From NCBI GenBank assembly GCA_963748015.1, contig CAVVHE010000004.1, forward strand, positions 1,440,001-1,504,000: DNA of 64,000 nt, given 5' to 3'. The number at the start of each line of letters is the position of its first letter. Within the stretch, counting starts at the first letter, position 1. The DNA is from Terriglobia bacterium. GTDB lineage: Bacteria > Acidobacteriota > Polarisedimenticolia > Polarisedimenticolales > JAIQFR01. The notes below the pieces were generated by a model. It saw nothing but the letters and a program-made list of their open reading frames with translations. It made no database searches and was not told where the DNA came from. The translations under genes and the position numbers were made by a program. Below are positions 10,786 through 20,361 of this stretch, piece after piece.

Positions 10786-11418
10786 CTAACCGGAAGCGGT
10801 GGTATCCGGCTCGCGGGGAGCCGGCAGCACGTCCTCCTCCAGCTCGACGTTCCAGTACGCGACGTCGAGGAACGTCCGCCACTGCTCGTGGAACGGCCCG
10901 ATCCACCCGGCCCGCAGCACGGGATGTCCCGCCGGCTTCTTCGGCGGCCGCCTGAGCGCCATTCCCGCCTCGACGGGCGTGCGGTTCCCCTTCTGGCCGT
11001 TGCAGACGACGCAGGCGCAGACGACGTTGTCCCACGAGGAGAGCCCGCCGCGCGACAGCGGCACGACGTGGTCCAGATTGAGGTCGCGCTGCTGGAACAC
11101 GCGGCCGCAATACTGGCAGCGGTTCCTGTCCCTGAAGAAGATGTTCCGGCGCGTGAAGCGCACCTCGCGCCGCGGGAGACGGGAGTAGTGCAGGAGCTGG
11201 ATCACCCTGGGGACCCGGATCTCGCGCCGTGGCGTCCGGATGACGTCGTCGCCGGCGCCGGGAGGAACGTCGCACCAGTTCTCGAAGTCGTAGGTCGTGA
11301 AGTCCGGCGCGACGGCGCGGGCGCGGCCGCCGCAGAACAGGACGAAGGCGCGGCGCACCCCCGTGATCTGCACCGCCTGGTACACGCTGTTCAGGACGAG
11401 AACCGCGCCGTCCGCCAT
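10786..11418 (-). CDS. HNH endonuclease (McrA/COG1403-like)
   Basis: RDRNRCQYCG...LNLDHVVPLSRGG..WDNVVCACVVCNGQKGNRTP. Confidence 0.92.
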   Translation of the reverse strand: MADGAVLVLNSVYQAVQITGVRRAFVLFCGGRARAVAPDFTTYDFENWCDVPPGAGDDVIRTPRREIRVPRVIQLLHYSRLPRREVRFTRRNIFFRDRNRCQYCGRVFQQRDLNLDHVVPLSRGGLSSWDNVVCACVVCNGQKGNRTPVEAGMALRRPPKKPAGHPVLRAGWIGPFHEQWRTFLDVAYWNVELEEDVLPAPREPDTTASG

Positions 11419-11455
11419 GGGCGACCCGCTCGGGCCCCACGAACCGGCAGGCCGT

Positions 11456-12571
11456 TCAGCCCCGAAGCCGCGTCGCCCGCGACCGAGCCGACGACGCGCG
11501 CTCGAGCGCCAGCCGGACGAGCCGGTCGATCAGCTCCGGGAACGGCAGGCCCGACGCCTCCCAGAGCTTCGGATACATGCTGATCCCGGTGAAGCCGGGC
11601 AGCGTGTTCACCTCGTTGAGCAGCACCTCGCCGGTGGACCGCTCGACGAAGAAGTCTACTCTCGCCATGCCCGCCAGGTCGAGGGCCTTGAACGCCTCGA
11701 CCGCGAGGCGCCGGACCGTCTCCGCCGTGTCCGCGGGGACGGGGGCCGGGATCAGGAGCTCCGAGGTCCCGTCGAGGTACTTCGCGGCGTAATCGTAGAA
11801 CTCGCGGGACGGGACGATCTCTCCCGGGACCGAGGCCTCGGGACGATCGTTTCCGAGGACCGCGCACTCCACCTCGCGGGCGTCGATCGCGGCCTCCGCG
11901 ACGACCCTGAGGTCGCAGTCGAGGGCCGCCTCGACGGCCGCGGCGAGGCCCTCGGGAGCCGCGACCTTCGTGATCCCCACCGACGACCCACCGTTCGACG
12001 GCTTGACGAACATCGGGAATCCGAGGCCGGAAGCCAATCGGCGCTCGGTCTCGCGAGGGTCCAGGCGGTAGTCCTCGTGGGTGAACGAGAGCCAAGGGCC
12101 GACGGGCAGCCCCTTCGCCGCGAAGAGGGTCTTCGACGCCGCCTTGTCCATGCCGAGGGCCGACCCGAGGACGCCGGCGCCCACGCAAGGAATCCCGGCG
12201 AGCTCCATCGCGCCCTGCAGCCGGCCGTCCTCTCCTCCCCATCCGTGAAGCACGGGGAAGAGCACGTCAATGGGGACGGCCCTCGCCTCCGACCCGGCCG
12301 ACACGAGGAGAAGGCCGGCGCCGCCGGGATCCACCACGACGCGCGTCCCGTCGCCTTCCGCGGCCGCCTCGACGCGCGAGGCCTCGCCGTGGAGGATCGC
12401 GGCGGAGGCTCGGGGCGCGAGCCATCTCCCGTCGCCGGTGACGCCGATCGGCACGCACTCGAAGCGGGCGGGGTCGAGGCCTCGTGCCACGCCGCGCGCG
12501 GACGTGACGGAGACCTCGTGCTCGACCGAGGCGCCTCCGAACAGGAGCCCGACCCGCAGCTTCGCACTCAC
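11456..12571 (-). CDS. ddl: D-alanine--D-alanine ligase
   Basis: LLFGGASVEHEVS, LHGWGGEDG, MDK, VKPSNGGSSVGI, FYDYAAKY, NEVNTLPGFT; GTG start 12571 overlaps ccdA TGA. Confidence 0.95.
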   Translation of the reverse strand: MSAKLRVGLLFGGASVEHEVSVTSARGVARGLDPARFECVPIGVTGDGRWLAPRASAAILHGEASRVEAAAEGDGTRVVVDPGGAGLLLVSAGSEARAVPIDVLFPVLHGWGGEDGRLQGAMELAGIPCVGAGVLGSALGMDKAASKTLFAAKGLPVGPWLSFTHEDYRLDPRETERRLASGLGFPMFVKPSNGGSSVGITKVAAPEGLAAAVEAALDCDLRVVAEAAIDAREVECAVLGNDRPEASVPGEIVPSREFYDYAAKYLDGTSELLIPAPVPADTAETVRRLAVEAFKALDLAGMARVDFFVERSTGEVLLNEVNTLPGFTGISMYPKLWEASGLPFPELIDRLVRLALERASSARSRATRLRG

Positions 12572-13320
12572 GCGCCGCCGCCCCTCCCGATCAGGCGGGA
12601 CACCGCCACCCAGACGAAGCCCGCGCCGATCACGATCATGAGAACGCCCATGACGTTCTTCACGACGACCATCCAGCGTCCCGGCTTCGGCATGCTGCCG
12701 AGCAGGCCGGCGAAGGCGCCGAGAAGGAGGAGCAGGAAGCCCATCCCCACGGAGAACGTGAACGTGAGGAGGCCGCCCCAGGCCACCTGGCGCTGCGCCG
12801 CGACGTAGGTGAGAAGCACGCCGAGGACCGGCGCGGTGCACGGCGCCGCGACGAACCCCGCCGCGACCCCGAGCAGCATCGCCCCGACGTAACCGCCCCG
12901 CAGCGTTCCCGCGGACTGGATTCCCGAGAGAAACGACGGGAGTCTCAGGGTGAACACCCCGAGCATCTCGAGGCCGAACAGGACGATCAGCACGCCGAAG
13001 ATCCCCGGGACCCACGGCGTATCGGTCATCTTCCCGAACGTCTTTCCGAGCAGGGCCGCCGTCACGCCGAGCACCGTGTAGACCAGCGCCAGGCCGAGGA
13101 CGTAGACCACCGACAGCGCGAAGGCCTTCCGCCGGTTCCCCGCCGCCGCGCCGAGGATGTACGGGACCATCACCGGGTACATCGGGTAGACGCACGGCGT
13201 CAGGCTCGTGACCAGCCCGGCGGCGAAGACCACGACGATCGCCACCGCCGATCCGCGGTCGAGCTGCCCCTGGAGGATCTGCCCGAGGGCGTATCCCCAC
13301 TCGTTCAGCCGGTCGAGCAT
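12568..13320 (-). CDS. ccdA: CcdA/DsbD transmembrane thiol-disulfide transporter
   Basis: SLTPCVYP and APCTAPVL cysteine motifs, several TM helices, adjacent to thioredoxin. Confidence 0.85.
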   Translation of the reverse strand: MLDRLNEWGYALGQILQGQLDRGSAVAIVVVFAAGLVTSLTPCVYPMYPVMVPYILGAAAGNRRKAFALSVVYVLGLALVYTVLGVTAALLGKTFGKMTDTPWVPGIFGVLIVLFGLEMLGVFTLRLPSFLSGIQSAGTLRGGYVGAMLLGVAAGFVAAPCTAPVLGVLLTYVAAQRQVAWGGLLTFTFSVGMGFLLLLLGAFAGLLGSMPKPGRWMVVVKNVMGVLMIVIGAGFVWVAVSRLIGRGGGA

Positions 13321-13321
13321 C

Positions 13322-13645
13322 TCAGAGCACCTTCTCCACCCGGTCCGCGAGCGCCTTCTTCGAGAGGACGCCGATGCTCTGGTCCTTCACCGCGCCGTCG
13401 CGGAACAGCAGGAGGGTGGGCACCGACAGCACCCCGAACTTGGCGGCCGTCGCCGGAGCGTTGTCCACGTCGACCTTCACGACCTTGAGGCGTCCGTCGT
13501 ACTCGGCGGCGATCTCGTGAACGACCGGCTCGAGCTTCTTGCATGGCCCGCACCACGTGGCGGAGAAATCCACCAACACGGCTCCCTGGGCCTTCAGCAC
13601 GACCGTGTCGAAGTTGCTGTCGTTCGCTTCGTGAAGCTTGCTCAT
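13322..13645 (-). CDS. trxA: Thioredoxin
   Basis: DFSATWCGPCK, SVPTLLLF. Confidence 0.95.
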   Translation of the reverse strand: MSKLHEANDSNFDTVVLKAQGAVLVDFSATWCGPCKKLEPVVHEIAAEYDGRLKVVKVDVDNAPATAAKFGVLSVPTLLLFRDGAVKDQSIGVLSKKALADRVEKVL

Positions 13646-13746
13646 GCTCGTCTCCCGATAAAGATTGCGCCGCCGCCGGCGCCGGCGTCTCGTCTAGGTT
13701 ACCAAGAAAAGTGCTACGATGCCCGCTTTCGGCCGAGGGGGATTTC

Positions 13747-14505
13747 ATGGGATCCGCCGCGCCGTCCGACGCCCTCCGCTCCCTGCTGAGGGGGAAGGAC
13801 CCCATCCTGGTGCTGACCGGCGCGGGGGTGTCCGCCGAGAGCGGTCTCGCGACCTTCCGCGGCCCCGGCGGACTCTGGGAGGGGCGGGAGCCGACGGAGC
13901 TCGCGACCCCCGAGGCGTTCGAGGCGGACCCGGACACCGTCTGGAGATTCTACGCGTGGCGGCGGACCCAGGCGGCGGCCGCGAAGCCGAACCCCGGCCA
14001 CGTCGCGCTCGCCGCGCTCGAGCGCGAGCGAGGCAACGTGCTCCTCGCGACGCAGAACGTGGACGGGCTTCACGAGCGCGCGGGGAGCGTGCGCGTGCTG
14101 CGGCTCCACGGCAGCCTCTGGCGGCTGCGCTGCACGGCGGAGGGGACCGAGCACGAGGACAGGAATCCCGACCTCTCGCCGCTCCCTCCGCGCTGCCGTT
14201 GCGGGGCACTGCTGCGCCCCGGCGTGGTGTGGTTCGGCGAGGCGCTGCCCGCGTCGACGCTCGCCGAGGCGGCCGCCGCCGCGCGCCGCGCGGCGCTCGT
14301 GATCGTGGCGGGCACGTCGTCTCTCGTGTACCCCGCCGCGTCGCTTCCGGTCGCGGCGCGCGAGGCCGGCGCCTACGTCGTGGAGATCAACCCCGAGCCG
14401 ACGCCGCTGAGCCCGCTCGTGCACGAGCGCCTCGGCGGGCCCTCGGGCGAGGTCCTGCCGCGGATCGCCGAAGCGGCGGGGATCGCGCCGGAGAGCCTCG
14501 CATGA
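13747..14505 (+). CDS. cobB: NAD-dependent protein deacylase (sirtuin)
   Basis: LTGAGVSAESGLATFRG, TQNVDGLH, LHGS, LRPGVVWFGE, GTSSLVYPAA; start reassigned to ATG 13747. Confidence 0.94.
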   Translation: MGSAAPSDALRSLLRGKDPILVLTGAGVSAESGLATFRGPGGLWEGREPTELATPEAFEADPDTVWRFYAWRRTQAAAAKPNPGHVALAALERERGNVLLATQNVDGLHERAGSVRVLRLHGSLWRLRCTAEGTEHEDRNPDLSPLPPRCRCGALLRPGVVWFGEALPASTLAEAAAAARRAALVIVAGTSSLVYPAASLPVAAREAGAYVVEINPEPTPLSPLVHERLGGPSGEVLPRIAEAAGIAPESLA

Positions 14506-15803
14506 GCCGGACGATGCGCATCCTTTACGTGGACGCCACCGCCGGCGCGGCGGGGGACATGATCCTCGGCGCGCTCCTCGACCTCGGCGTTCCGGTCGGG
14601 CGGGTCCGGGCCGCTCTCGAGTCCCTCCCGCTCCGCGGCTGGAGCCTCTCCAAGCGGCGGGTCATGCGATCGGGGCTCTCCGCGGCGAAGGCCGTCGTGC
14701 GAGTCGCCGACTCGGCGGACGAGCGGAACTGGCGCGAGATCCGCCGCATCATCGAGCGCGGGCGGCTCGCTCCCGCGGTTCGCGAGCGCGCGCTCCGCAT
14801 CTTCAGGCGCCTCGTCGAGGCCGAGGCCGAGGCCCACGGGTCGACGCCGGAGGCGGTCCACCTCCACGAAGCCGGGGCGGTGGACGCGATCGTGGACGTG
14901 GTGGGAGCCTGCGTCGCTCTCGAGGCTCTCGCGCCGGACCGGATCGTCGTCTCCCGAATCACGACGGGGAGCGGGCGGATCGCCTGCCGGCACGGCTCCT
15001 ACCCCGTGCCGGGGCCCGCCACCGCGGTGCTCCTGCGCGGCGCGCCCGTCACCGGAGGGGACGCCGAGGGGGAGCGCTTGACGCCGACCGGCGCCGCGAT
15101 CTTGACCACGATCGCGGACGGCTGGGGAACGCTTCCTCCGGGAACCATCGTGGCGACCGGGCACGGCGCGGGGGACCGGGAGTTCGAGGACCGCCCCAAC
15201 GTGCTCCGCATGCTCCTCGTCGAGGCGGCTCCAGTGAGTCGGGTCGAACCCCCTGGGGTGAGCGCCGTCGAACCTGCCCCGGTGAGCAAGGTCGAACCCC
15301 CTGGGGTGAGCGCCGTCGAACCCGGCGCCGAGGTCCTCGTCATCGAGGTCGCGCTCGACGACGCCACGCCCCAGGTCGTTGCCTACGCCGCGGAGCGGCT
15401 CTTCGCGGAGGGCGCGCTCGACGTCTTCACGACCCCCGTCCACATGAAGAAGGGGCGCACCGGCCACCTGCTCACGGTGCTCGCGCGCCCCGACCGGCTC
15501 GAGGCGCTCGCCGGCGTGGTGCTCCGCGAGACGCCGACGCTGGGGCTCCGGTACCGGCGCGAGGGGCGGTTCGAGCTCGCGCGCCGGACGGCGGCCGTCG
15601 CCACCCCGTTCGGGCGCGTCCGGGTGAAGGAGGGGCTGCTCGACGGGAAGCCGGTCAACGCCTGGCCGGAATACGAGGACTGCGCGCGGCTGGCGAGGAG
15701 CCGGGCGGTCCCGCTGAAGCGCGTCCAGGAGGCGGCCATCGTCGCCTACGACAAGACGCGGGCGCCGCGCGGCGGCCGGAGCGCACGGAGAAAGGCCCGA
15801 TGA
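14502..15803 (+). CDS. larC: Nickel pincer cofactor biosynthesis protein LarC
   Basis: GAAGDMILGALLDLG, HLHEAGAVDAIVD, PVPGPAT, LTPTGAAI, MKKGRTG, TLGLR, PEYED; ATG 14502 overlaps cobB stop. Confidence 0.9.
   Translation: MSRTMRILYVDATAGAAGDMILGALLDLGVPVGRVRAALESLPLRGWSLSKRRVMRSGLSAAKAVVRVADSADERNWREIRRIIERGRLAPAVRERALRIFRRLVEAEAEAHGSTPEAVHLHEAGAVDAIVDVVGACVALEALAPDRIVVSRITTGSGRIACRHGSYPVPGPATAVLLRGAPVTGGDAEGERLTPTGAAILTTIADGWGTLPPGTIVATGHGAGDREFEDRPNVLRMLLVEAAPVSRVEPPGVSAVEPAPVSKVEPPGVSAVEPGAEVLVIEVALDDATPQVVAYAAERLFAEGALDVFTTPVHMKKGRTGHLLTVLARPDRLEALAGVVLRETPTLGLRYRREGRFELARRTAAVATPFGRVRVKEGLLDGKPVNAWPEYEDCARLARSRAVPLKRVQEAAIVAYDKTRAPRGGRSARRKAR
15228..15323 (+). repeat. In-frame tandem repeat, 4 x 24 nt (2 x 48 nt), inside larC
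   Basis: Encodes APVSRVEP PGVSAVEP APVSKVEP PGVSAVEP; DNA core GTGAGYnnnGTCGAACC four times. Confidence 0.9.
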
Positions 15804-17755
15804 GCGACCGCCCGAGGTTCTACCTGACGACGCCGATCTACTACGTCAACGACGAGCCCCACATCGGGCACACGTACACGACCGTCGTGGCCGACGCGGT
15901 CGCGCGCTACCGGCGGCTGACGGGCTTCGACGTCCGCTTCCTCACCGGGACGGACGAGCACGGCCAGAAGATCGAGCGCGCCGCGAAGGCGCAAGGCATC
16001 CGCCCGATCGAGCTGGCGGACCGCGTGGTGAGCCGCTTCGCCGGGTTGTGGAAGTCCCTTTCCATCAGCCACGACGACTTCATCCGCACCACCGAGGCGC
16101 GCCACCGGCTCGGCGTCGAGAAGCTCATCAAGAAGATGGCGGACGCGGGCGACGTCCACCTCGGCGCGTACGAGGGGATGTACTGCAGCGGCTGCGAGGC
16201 CTTCTTCCCCGAGAGCCAGATCGTGGACGGGAAGTGCCCCGACCAGGGGCACCCGGTCGAGAAGGTGAAGGAGGCGTCGTACTTCTTCCGCCTGTCACGC
16301 TACCAGGACCGTCTCCTCGAGCACTACCGGACGCACCCGGACTTCGTGCGCCCCGCTTCGCGCTTCAACGAGGTGAAGGCGTTCGTCGAGTCCGGGCTCA
16401 AGGACCTGAGCATCAGCCGCACCAGCATCTCCTGGGGCATCCCGTTCCCGGACGCCCCCGGCCACGTCGTGTACGTCTGGGTGGACGCGCTGACCAACTA
16501 CCTGAGCGCCCTCGGGTACGGAGCGCCCGAGGACTCGCCGCTCGGCGCCTACTGGCCCGCGCAGGTGCATCTCGTCGGCAAGGACATCCTCCGGTTCCAC
16601 GCGGTGTACTGGCCCGCGTTCCTGATGTCCGCGGGCGAGCCGCTCCCCGAATGCGTGTACGGCCACGGATGGTGGCTCAAGGACGACGCGAAGATGTCCA
16701 AGAGCCTCGGGAACGTGGTCAAGGCCGAGCCGCTGCTCCGCGATTTCGGCGCCGACGCGCTCCGGTACTTCCTCCTTCGCGAGATGACCTTCGGCCTCGA
16801 CGGCACGTATTCCGACGAGCAGTTCCTCGACCGCTACAACGGCGACCTGGCCAACGACCTGGGGAACCTCTCGAGCCGGATCCTGACGCTGATCGACACC
16901 AACTGCGGCGGGCGCCTCCCCGACTCGCCGGACCTCCCCGAGACGGACGAGCTGCGCCCGGCGGCCGCCGGCGCGCACGCCGCATGGCGGGAGGCGTTCG
17001 ACGCCTTCGATTTCAGCAACGGCCTGATCGCCGCCTGGTCGCTGATCGGAGAGACGAACCGGTTCCTGGTGCGCCACGCGCCGTGGGCGCTCGCCGGCGA
17101 TCCCGCGCTCGCCGGGAGAATGCACGCCATCCTGCGGGGCGCGGCCGAGGCCCTCTTCCAGGCGGCGGCGATGGCCTCGCCCGCGATGCCCGTGGCCGCG
17201 GCGGAGATCGCGTCGCGGCTCGGCGCCACGCTGCCGGAGGATCTCTCCTCCTTCCGCTGGGGTCTCCTCCCCGCCGCGGCGCCCGTCGCGAAGCGCGGTC
17301 CGCTCTTCCCGCGCGTGGACAAGAAAGCCTACTTCAAGGAGACGAAGACCGTGGAAGACTCGACGTCCGCTCCGCAGCCGCCTCCCCCTCCCCCGCCCGC
17401 GCCCAAGCCCCCGGCCCCCGAGGCGGGCGCGGGACTGCTGGGCATCGAACAGTTCCTCGCGACGGAGCTGCGCGTCGCCCTCGTCGTCGCCGCGGAGCGG
17501 GTCGAGGGAGCGGACAAGCTCCTGAAGCTCCAGGTGGACCTCGGCACCGAGCGGCGTCAGGTCATCGCGGGGATCGCGAAGGCTTACGCCCCCGAGGCCC
17601 TCGTGGGCAAGCGCATCATCGTGGTCGCGAACCTGAAGCCGGCGCGCATCCGCGGGCTCGAGAGCCAGGGAATGCTGCTCGCCGCCGATTTCGGGGGGCG
17701 GCCGATCGTCGCGGTGTTCGAGGAGGACGTGCCGCCCGGCACTCGCGTACGGTAG
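15800..17755 (+). CDS. metG: Methionine--tRNA ligase with C-terminal tRNA-binding domain
   Basis: HIGH and KMSKS motifs, GTDEHGQKI, C-terminal OB domain NLKPARIRGLESQGM. Confidence 0.97.
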   Translation: MSDRPRFYLTTPIYYVNDEPHIGHTYTTVVADAVARYRRLTGFDVRFLTGTDEHGQKIERAAKAQGIRPIELADRVVSRFAGLWKSLSISHDDFIRTTEARHRLGVEKLIKKMADAGDVHLGAYEGMYCSGCEAFFPESQIVDGKCPDQGHPVEKVKEASYFFRLSRYQDRLLEHYRTHPDFVRPASRFNEVKAFVESGLKDLSISRTSISWGIPFPDAPGHVVYVWVDALTNYLSALGYGAPEDSPLGAYWPAQVHLVGKDILRFHAVYWPAFLMSAGEPLPECVYGHGWWLKDDAKMSKSLGNVVKAEPLLRDFGADALRYFLLREMTFGLDGTYSDEQFLDRYNGDLANDLGNLSSRILTLIDTNCGGRLPDSPDLPETDELRPAAAGAHAAWREAFDAFDFSNGLIAAWSLIGETNRFLVRHAPWALAGDPALAGRMHAILRGAAEALFQAAAMASPAMPVAAAEIASRLGATLPEDLSSFRWGLLPAAAPVAKRGPLFPRVDKKAYFKETKTVEDSTSAPQPPPPPPPAPKPPAPEAGAGLLGIEQFLATELRVALVVAAERVEGADKLLKLQVDLGTERRQVIAGIAKAYAPEALVGKRIIVVANLKPARIRGLESQGMLLAADFGGRPIVAVFEEDVPPGTRVR

Positions 17756-17766
17756 GTCTCGCGGGG

Positions 17767-18005
17767 GCCGGCGGTTCGGGTGCGAATCCACCTCTTCGCG
17801 GCACGCTGCGCCGCTGCGCGGCGAACTTCGCCGCGCCGGCAAGTTGCCGGCCCTCGGCCCCCGGCCGAGGACCGGCAACCTCGGCTGAAATGAACAGAGC
17901 ATCGATATACAGCCTCGGTTCCGCTTTTCGAGCGGCCTTTTGATGAAGAACCGGCCGCTCGAAAAGAGGGCCGCGAAGAGGTGGATTCGCACCCGAACCG
18001 CCGGC
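17767..18005 (+). repeat. Structured intergenic element, copy B (with internal insertion)
   Basis: Perfect 36-bp inverted repeat 17767-17802/17970-18005 enclosing GGCACGCT...GTTCCG-CTTTT-stem-AAAAG-AGGGCC. Confidence 0.85.
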
Positions 18006-18084
18006 GAGGAGCGACTAGCCCGGAGACGAGCACCCTCCTACGGACGGTGAGGGCCGCGAGGGACGATGGTGGCGGTGATTCCGC

Positions 18085-18420
18085 TCAGGAGCGCGTCGGC
18101 TCCTCGTACATGTAGCGGATGTGGCGCTTCCGGACGAACACGTTGGGCCCGTCGGTCCGGTTGATCTTGATCATGTCCCGGTCGTAGTACTCGATGACGC
18201 CGCGGACTTCCTCGCCATCCAGCAGGCGCAGCACCATCGGGGTGCGCCCTTCCTTGTTCTTGAAGAGGTAGCCGGCCTCGGCGCCCGTGGAGTCGCTCGG
18301 GGGCATCCTGCGCCCCGGCGGCGGCTGCGAGCCGCCGTGGGGCGGCCGTCCGCCGCCCCCGCCGCCCCCGCCTTCGCGCCGGCGCCACGGCTTCCCTCCA
18401 CCGTGCTGTGGCCCTTGCAT
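18085..18420 (-). CDS. Hfq/LSm-like RNA-binding protein with Gly/Pro/Arg-rich N-terminus
   Basis: YLFKNKEGRTPMVLRLLDGEEVRGVIEYYDRDMIKI...VFVRKRHIRYM aligns by eye to Sm1/Sm2 of Hfq; ATG 18420. Confidence 0.7.
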   Translation of the reverse strand: MQGPQHGGGKPWRRREGGGGGGGGRPPHGGSQPPPGRRMPPSDSTGAEAGYLFKNKEGRTPMVLRLLDGEEVRGVIEYYDRDMIKINRTDGPNVFVRKRHIRYMYEEPTRS

Positions 18421-18425
18421 GTTCG

Positions 18426-19448
18426 TCACCTCCCGGGATCCCCCGTCGAGGACGATCCCGCAGCCTGGAGCGCGGTCACCGCTGCCGTGAGGACGATGTC
18501 CTCCTCGGAGCAGCCGCGCGACAGGTCGTTGGCCGGACGGCTCAGGCCCTGGAGCACCGGGCCGATCGCCTCCGCGCCGCCGAGCCGCTGCACGAGCTTG
18601 TAGCCGATGTTGCCGGCATCGAGGTTCGGGAAGACCAGCACGTTGGCCTTCCCGGCGACCGTGCTCCCCGGCGCCTTGGACGCGCCGACCTTCGGAACGA
18701 TCGCGGCGTCGAGCTGCATCTCGCCGTCGACGGGGAAGCCGGGATTCATCGCCCGAAGCAGCTCGAGGGCGGCGACGACCTTGTCCACGGACTCGTGCTG
18801 CGCGCTCCCCTTCGTCGAGAACGAGAGGAGCGCGACCCGCGGTTGGCGCTCGGCGAGCTTCTCGAAGTTCCGGGCGGTCTGAAGCGCGATGTCCGCGAGC
18901 TGCGCGGCGTCCGGGTACGGCACCAGGGCGCAATCGGCGAACGCCAGCACGTCGTCCCCGCCCGCGGTCGGCTTCGGCAGCACCATCAGGAAGAACGACG
19001 AGACGATCTTCGCGTCGGGCGCGGGGCGTATGATCCGGAGCGCCGCGCGAAGCGTATCCGCCGTCGTGTGCTCGGCACCGGCCACGGAGCCGTCGGCGTC
19101 CCCGGCCTTCACCATCGCCGCGGCGTAGTACATCGGGTCGTCGAGCAGCTTCTGGATCTCGGCTCGCGGCGTACCCTTCGAGCGGAGCAGCTCTTCGACC
19201 ATGTCCACGTATCCCGCGCGGCCGGCGTGCTCCGCCGGGTCGGCGACCGGGACCGCACCGAGATCGACACCGTGCTGCCGCGCGGCCTCGAGCGTCGCGC
19301 CGCCAGGGCCGACCAGGATCGGCTTCACGATCCCTTCGCGCGCGAGGCGCGCGGCGGCCTTGAGCGTTCTCGGCTCGGTGCTCTCCGGGAAGACGATGCG
19401 CTGAGGGGATGCCTTGGCCTTCGCGAGGATGCTCTCGAGGAGTTTCAT
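18426..19448 (-). CDS. pta: Phosphate acetyltransferase
   Basis: [49 protein letters not shown]. Confidence 0.95.
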   Translation of the reverse strand: MKLLESILAKAKASPQRIVFPESTEPRTLKAAARLAREGIVKPILVGPGGATLEAARQHGVDLGAVPVADPAEHAGRAGYVDMVEELLRSKGTPRAEIQKLLDDPMYYAAAMVKAGDADGSVAGAEHTTADTLRAALRIIRPAPDAKIVSSFFLMVLPKPTAGGDDVLAFADCALVPYPDAAQLADIALQTARNFEKLAERQPRVALLSFSTKGSAQHESVDKVVAALELLRAMNPGFPVDGEMQLDAAIVPKVGASKAPGSTVAGKANVLVFPNLDAGNIGYKLVQRLGGAEAIGPVLQGLSRPANDLSRGCSEEDIVLTAAVTALQAAGSSSTGDPGR

Positions 19449-19491
19449 GGGGAGGTCATGCTACCACTTCGCGCGCGCGGCACACAGGGGG

Positions 19492-20361
19492 TCACCCCTT
19501 GCGCGCGACGAGCACTCGCGGGATGCCGCGGAGGTCCGGCAGCGTCTCGAGGTGCGCGAGGCCGGCTCGGACGGCGGCCTCCTTGGCGCCGGCCTCCCGC
19601 TTGAAGCCCAGCTCCACCACGAGGTGCCCGCCGGGGCGGAGCAGCCGGAGCGCCGCCACCGCGGCCGCGCCGTACGCCTCGAGGCCGGTCGGCCCGGGAA
19701 CGAGCGCCTGCCTCGGCTCGTGCACCCGCACCTCGGGCTCGAGCCCGATCCACTCCTCCTCGGCGACGTAGGGAGGATTGGAGAGCACCGCGTCCATCCG
19801 CCCCTCCCACTCGACGGGAGGCGAGGCAAGATCGGCGTGCGCGAAGACGATTCGATCCGCGGCGCCGTGCCGCTTCGCGTTGCCTCTCGCAACCTCGAGG
19901 GCGTCCTCCGAAAGGTCGAGCGCGAACAGGCGGAGGTCCGGCCGCGCGACCGCCAGCGCGATCGCGATGCAGCCGCTGCCGGTTCCGAGGTCCGCGACAG
20001 AGGCCGACGGCGGGAGGCCCAGGCCGAGAGCGGCGATCACGACCCCCTCGGTCTCCGGCCGGGGAACGAGGACGCGCGCATCGACGCGGAACGGGAGCCC
20101 CATGAACTCCTGCTCGCCGGTCAGGTACTGGAACGGCTCGCGCGTCTCGCGCCGGGCGAGGAGCGCCTCGAAGCGCGCGGACGACGCGTCGTCGAGCGGA
20201 TCGGGGCGTCGGGCGACGACCCCTCCGCGGTCCTTCCCGAGGACGAACCCCATGAGGAGCTCGGCCTCCCGCCGCGGATCCGGGACCGCGGCGAGCGACA
20301 GGCGCTCCGCGGCGGCGTCGAGCGCCTCGCCGAGGGTCGGGAAGGGGCCAGGCGGTCTCAG
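19492..20361 (-). CDS. prmC: Release factor glutamine methyltransferase
   Basis: [31 protein letters not shown]; follows prfA; start uncertain (CTG 20361 proposed). Confidence 0.92.
   Translation of the reverse strand: MRPPGPFPTLGEALDAAAERLSLAAVPDPRREAELLMGFVLGKDRGGVVARRPDPLDDASSARFEALLARRETREPFQYLTGEQEFMGLPFRVDARVLVPRPETEGVVIAALGLGLPPSASVADLGTGSGCIAIALAVARPDLRLFALDLSEDALEVARGNAKRHGAADRIVFAHADLASPPVEWEGRMDAVLSNPPYVAEEEWIGLEPEVRVHEPRQALVPGPTGLEAYGAAAVAALRLLRPGGHLVVELGFKREAGAKEAAVRAGLAHLETLPDLRGIPRVLVARKG

Noticed and set aside
10786..11418. HNH protein as IscB/Cas9-like effector
   Set aside because: Only 210 aa, with no RuvC motifs, PLMP start or bridge helix visible.
12568..13645. Selenoprotein versions of trxA or ccdA
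   Set aside because: The active-site residues are ordinary Cys codons; no in-frame TGA.
15228..15323. CRISPR-like array in larC
   Set aside because: Units are contiguous 24-mers without unique spacers, lie in frame in a CDS, and there are no cas genes.
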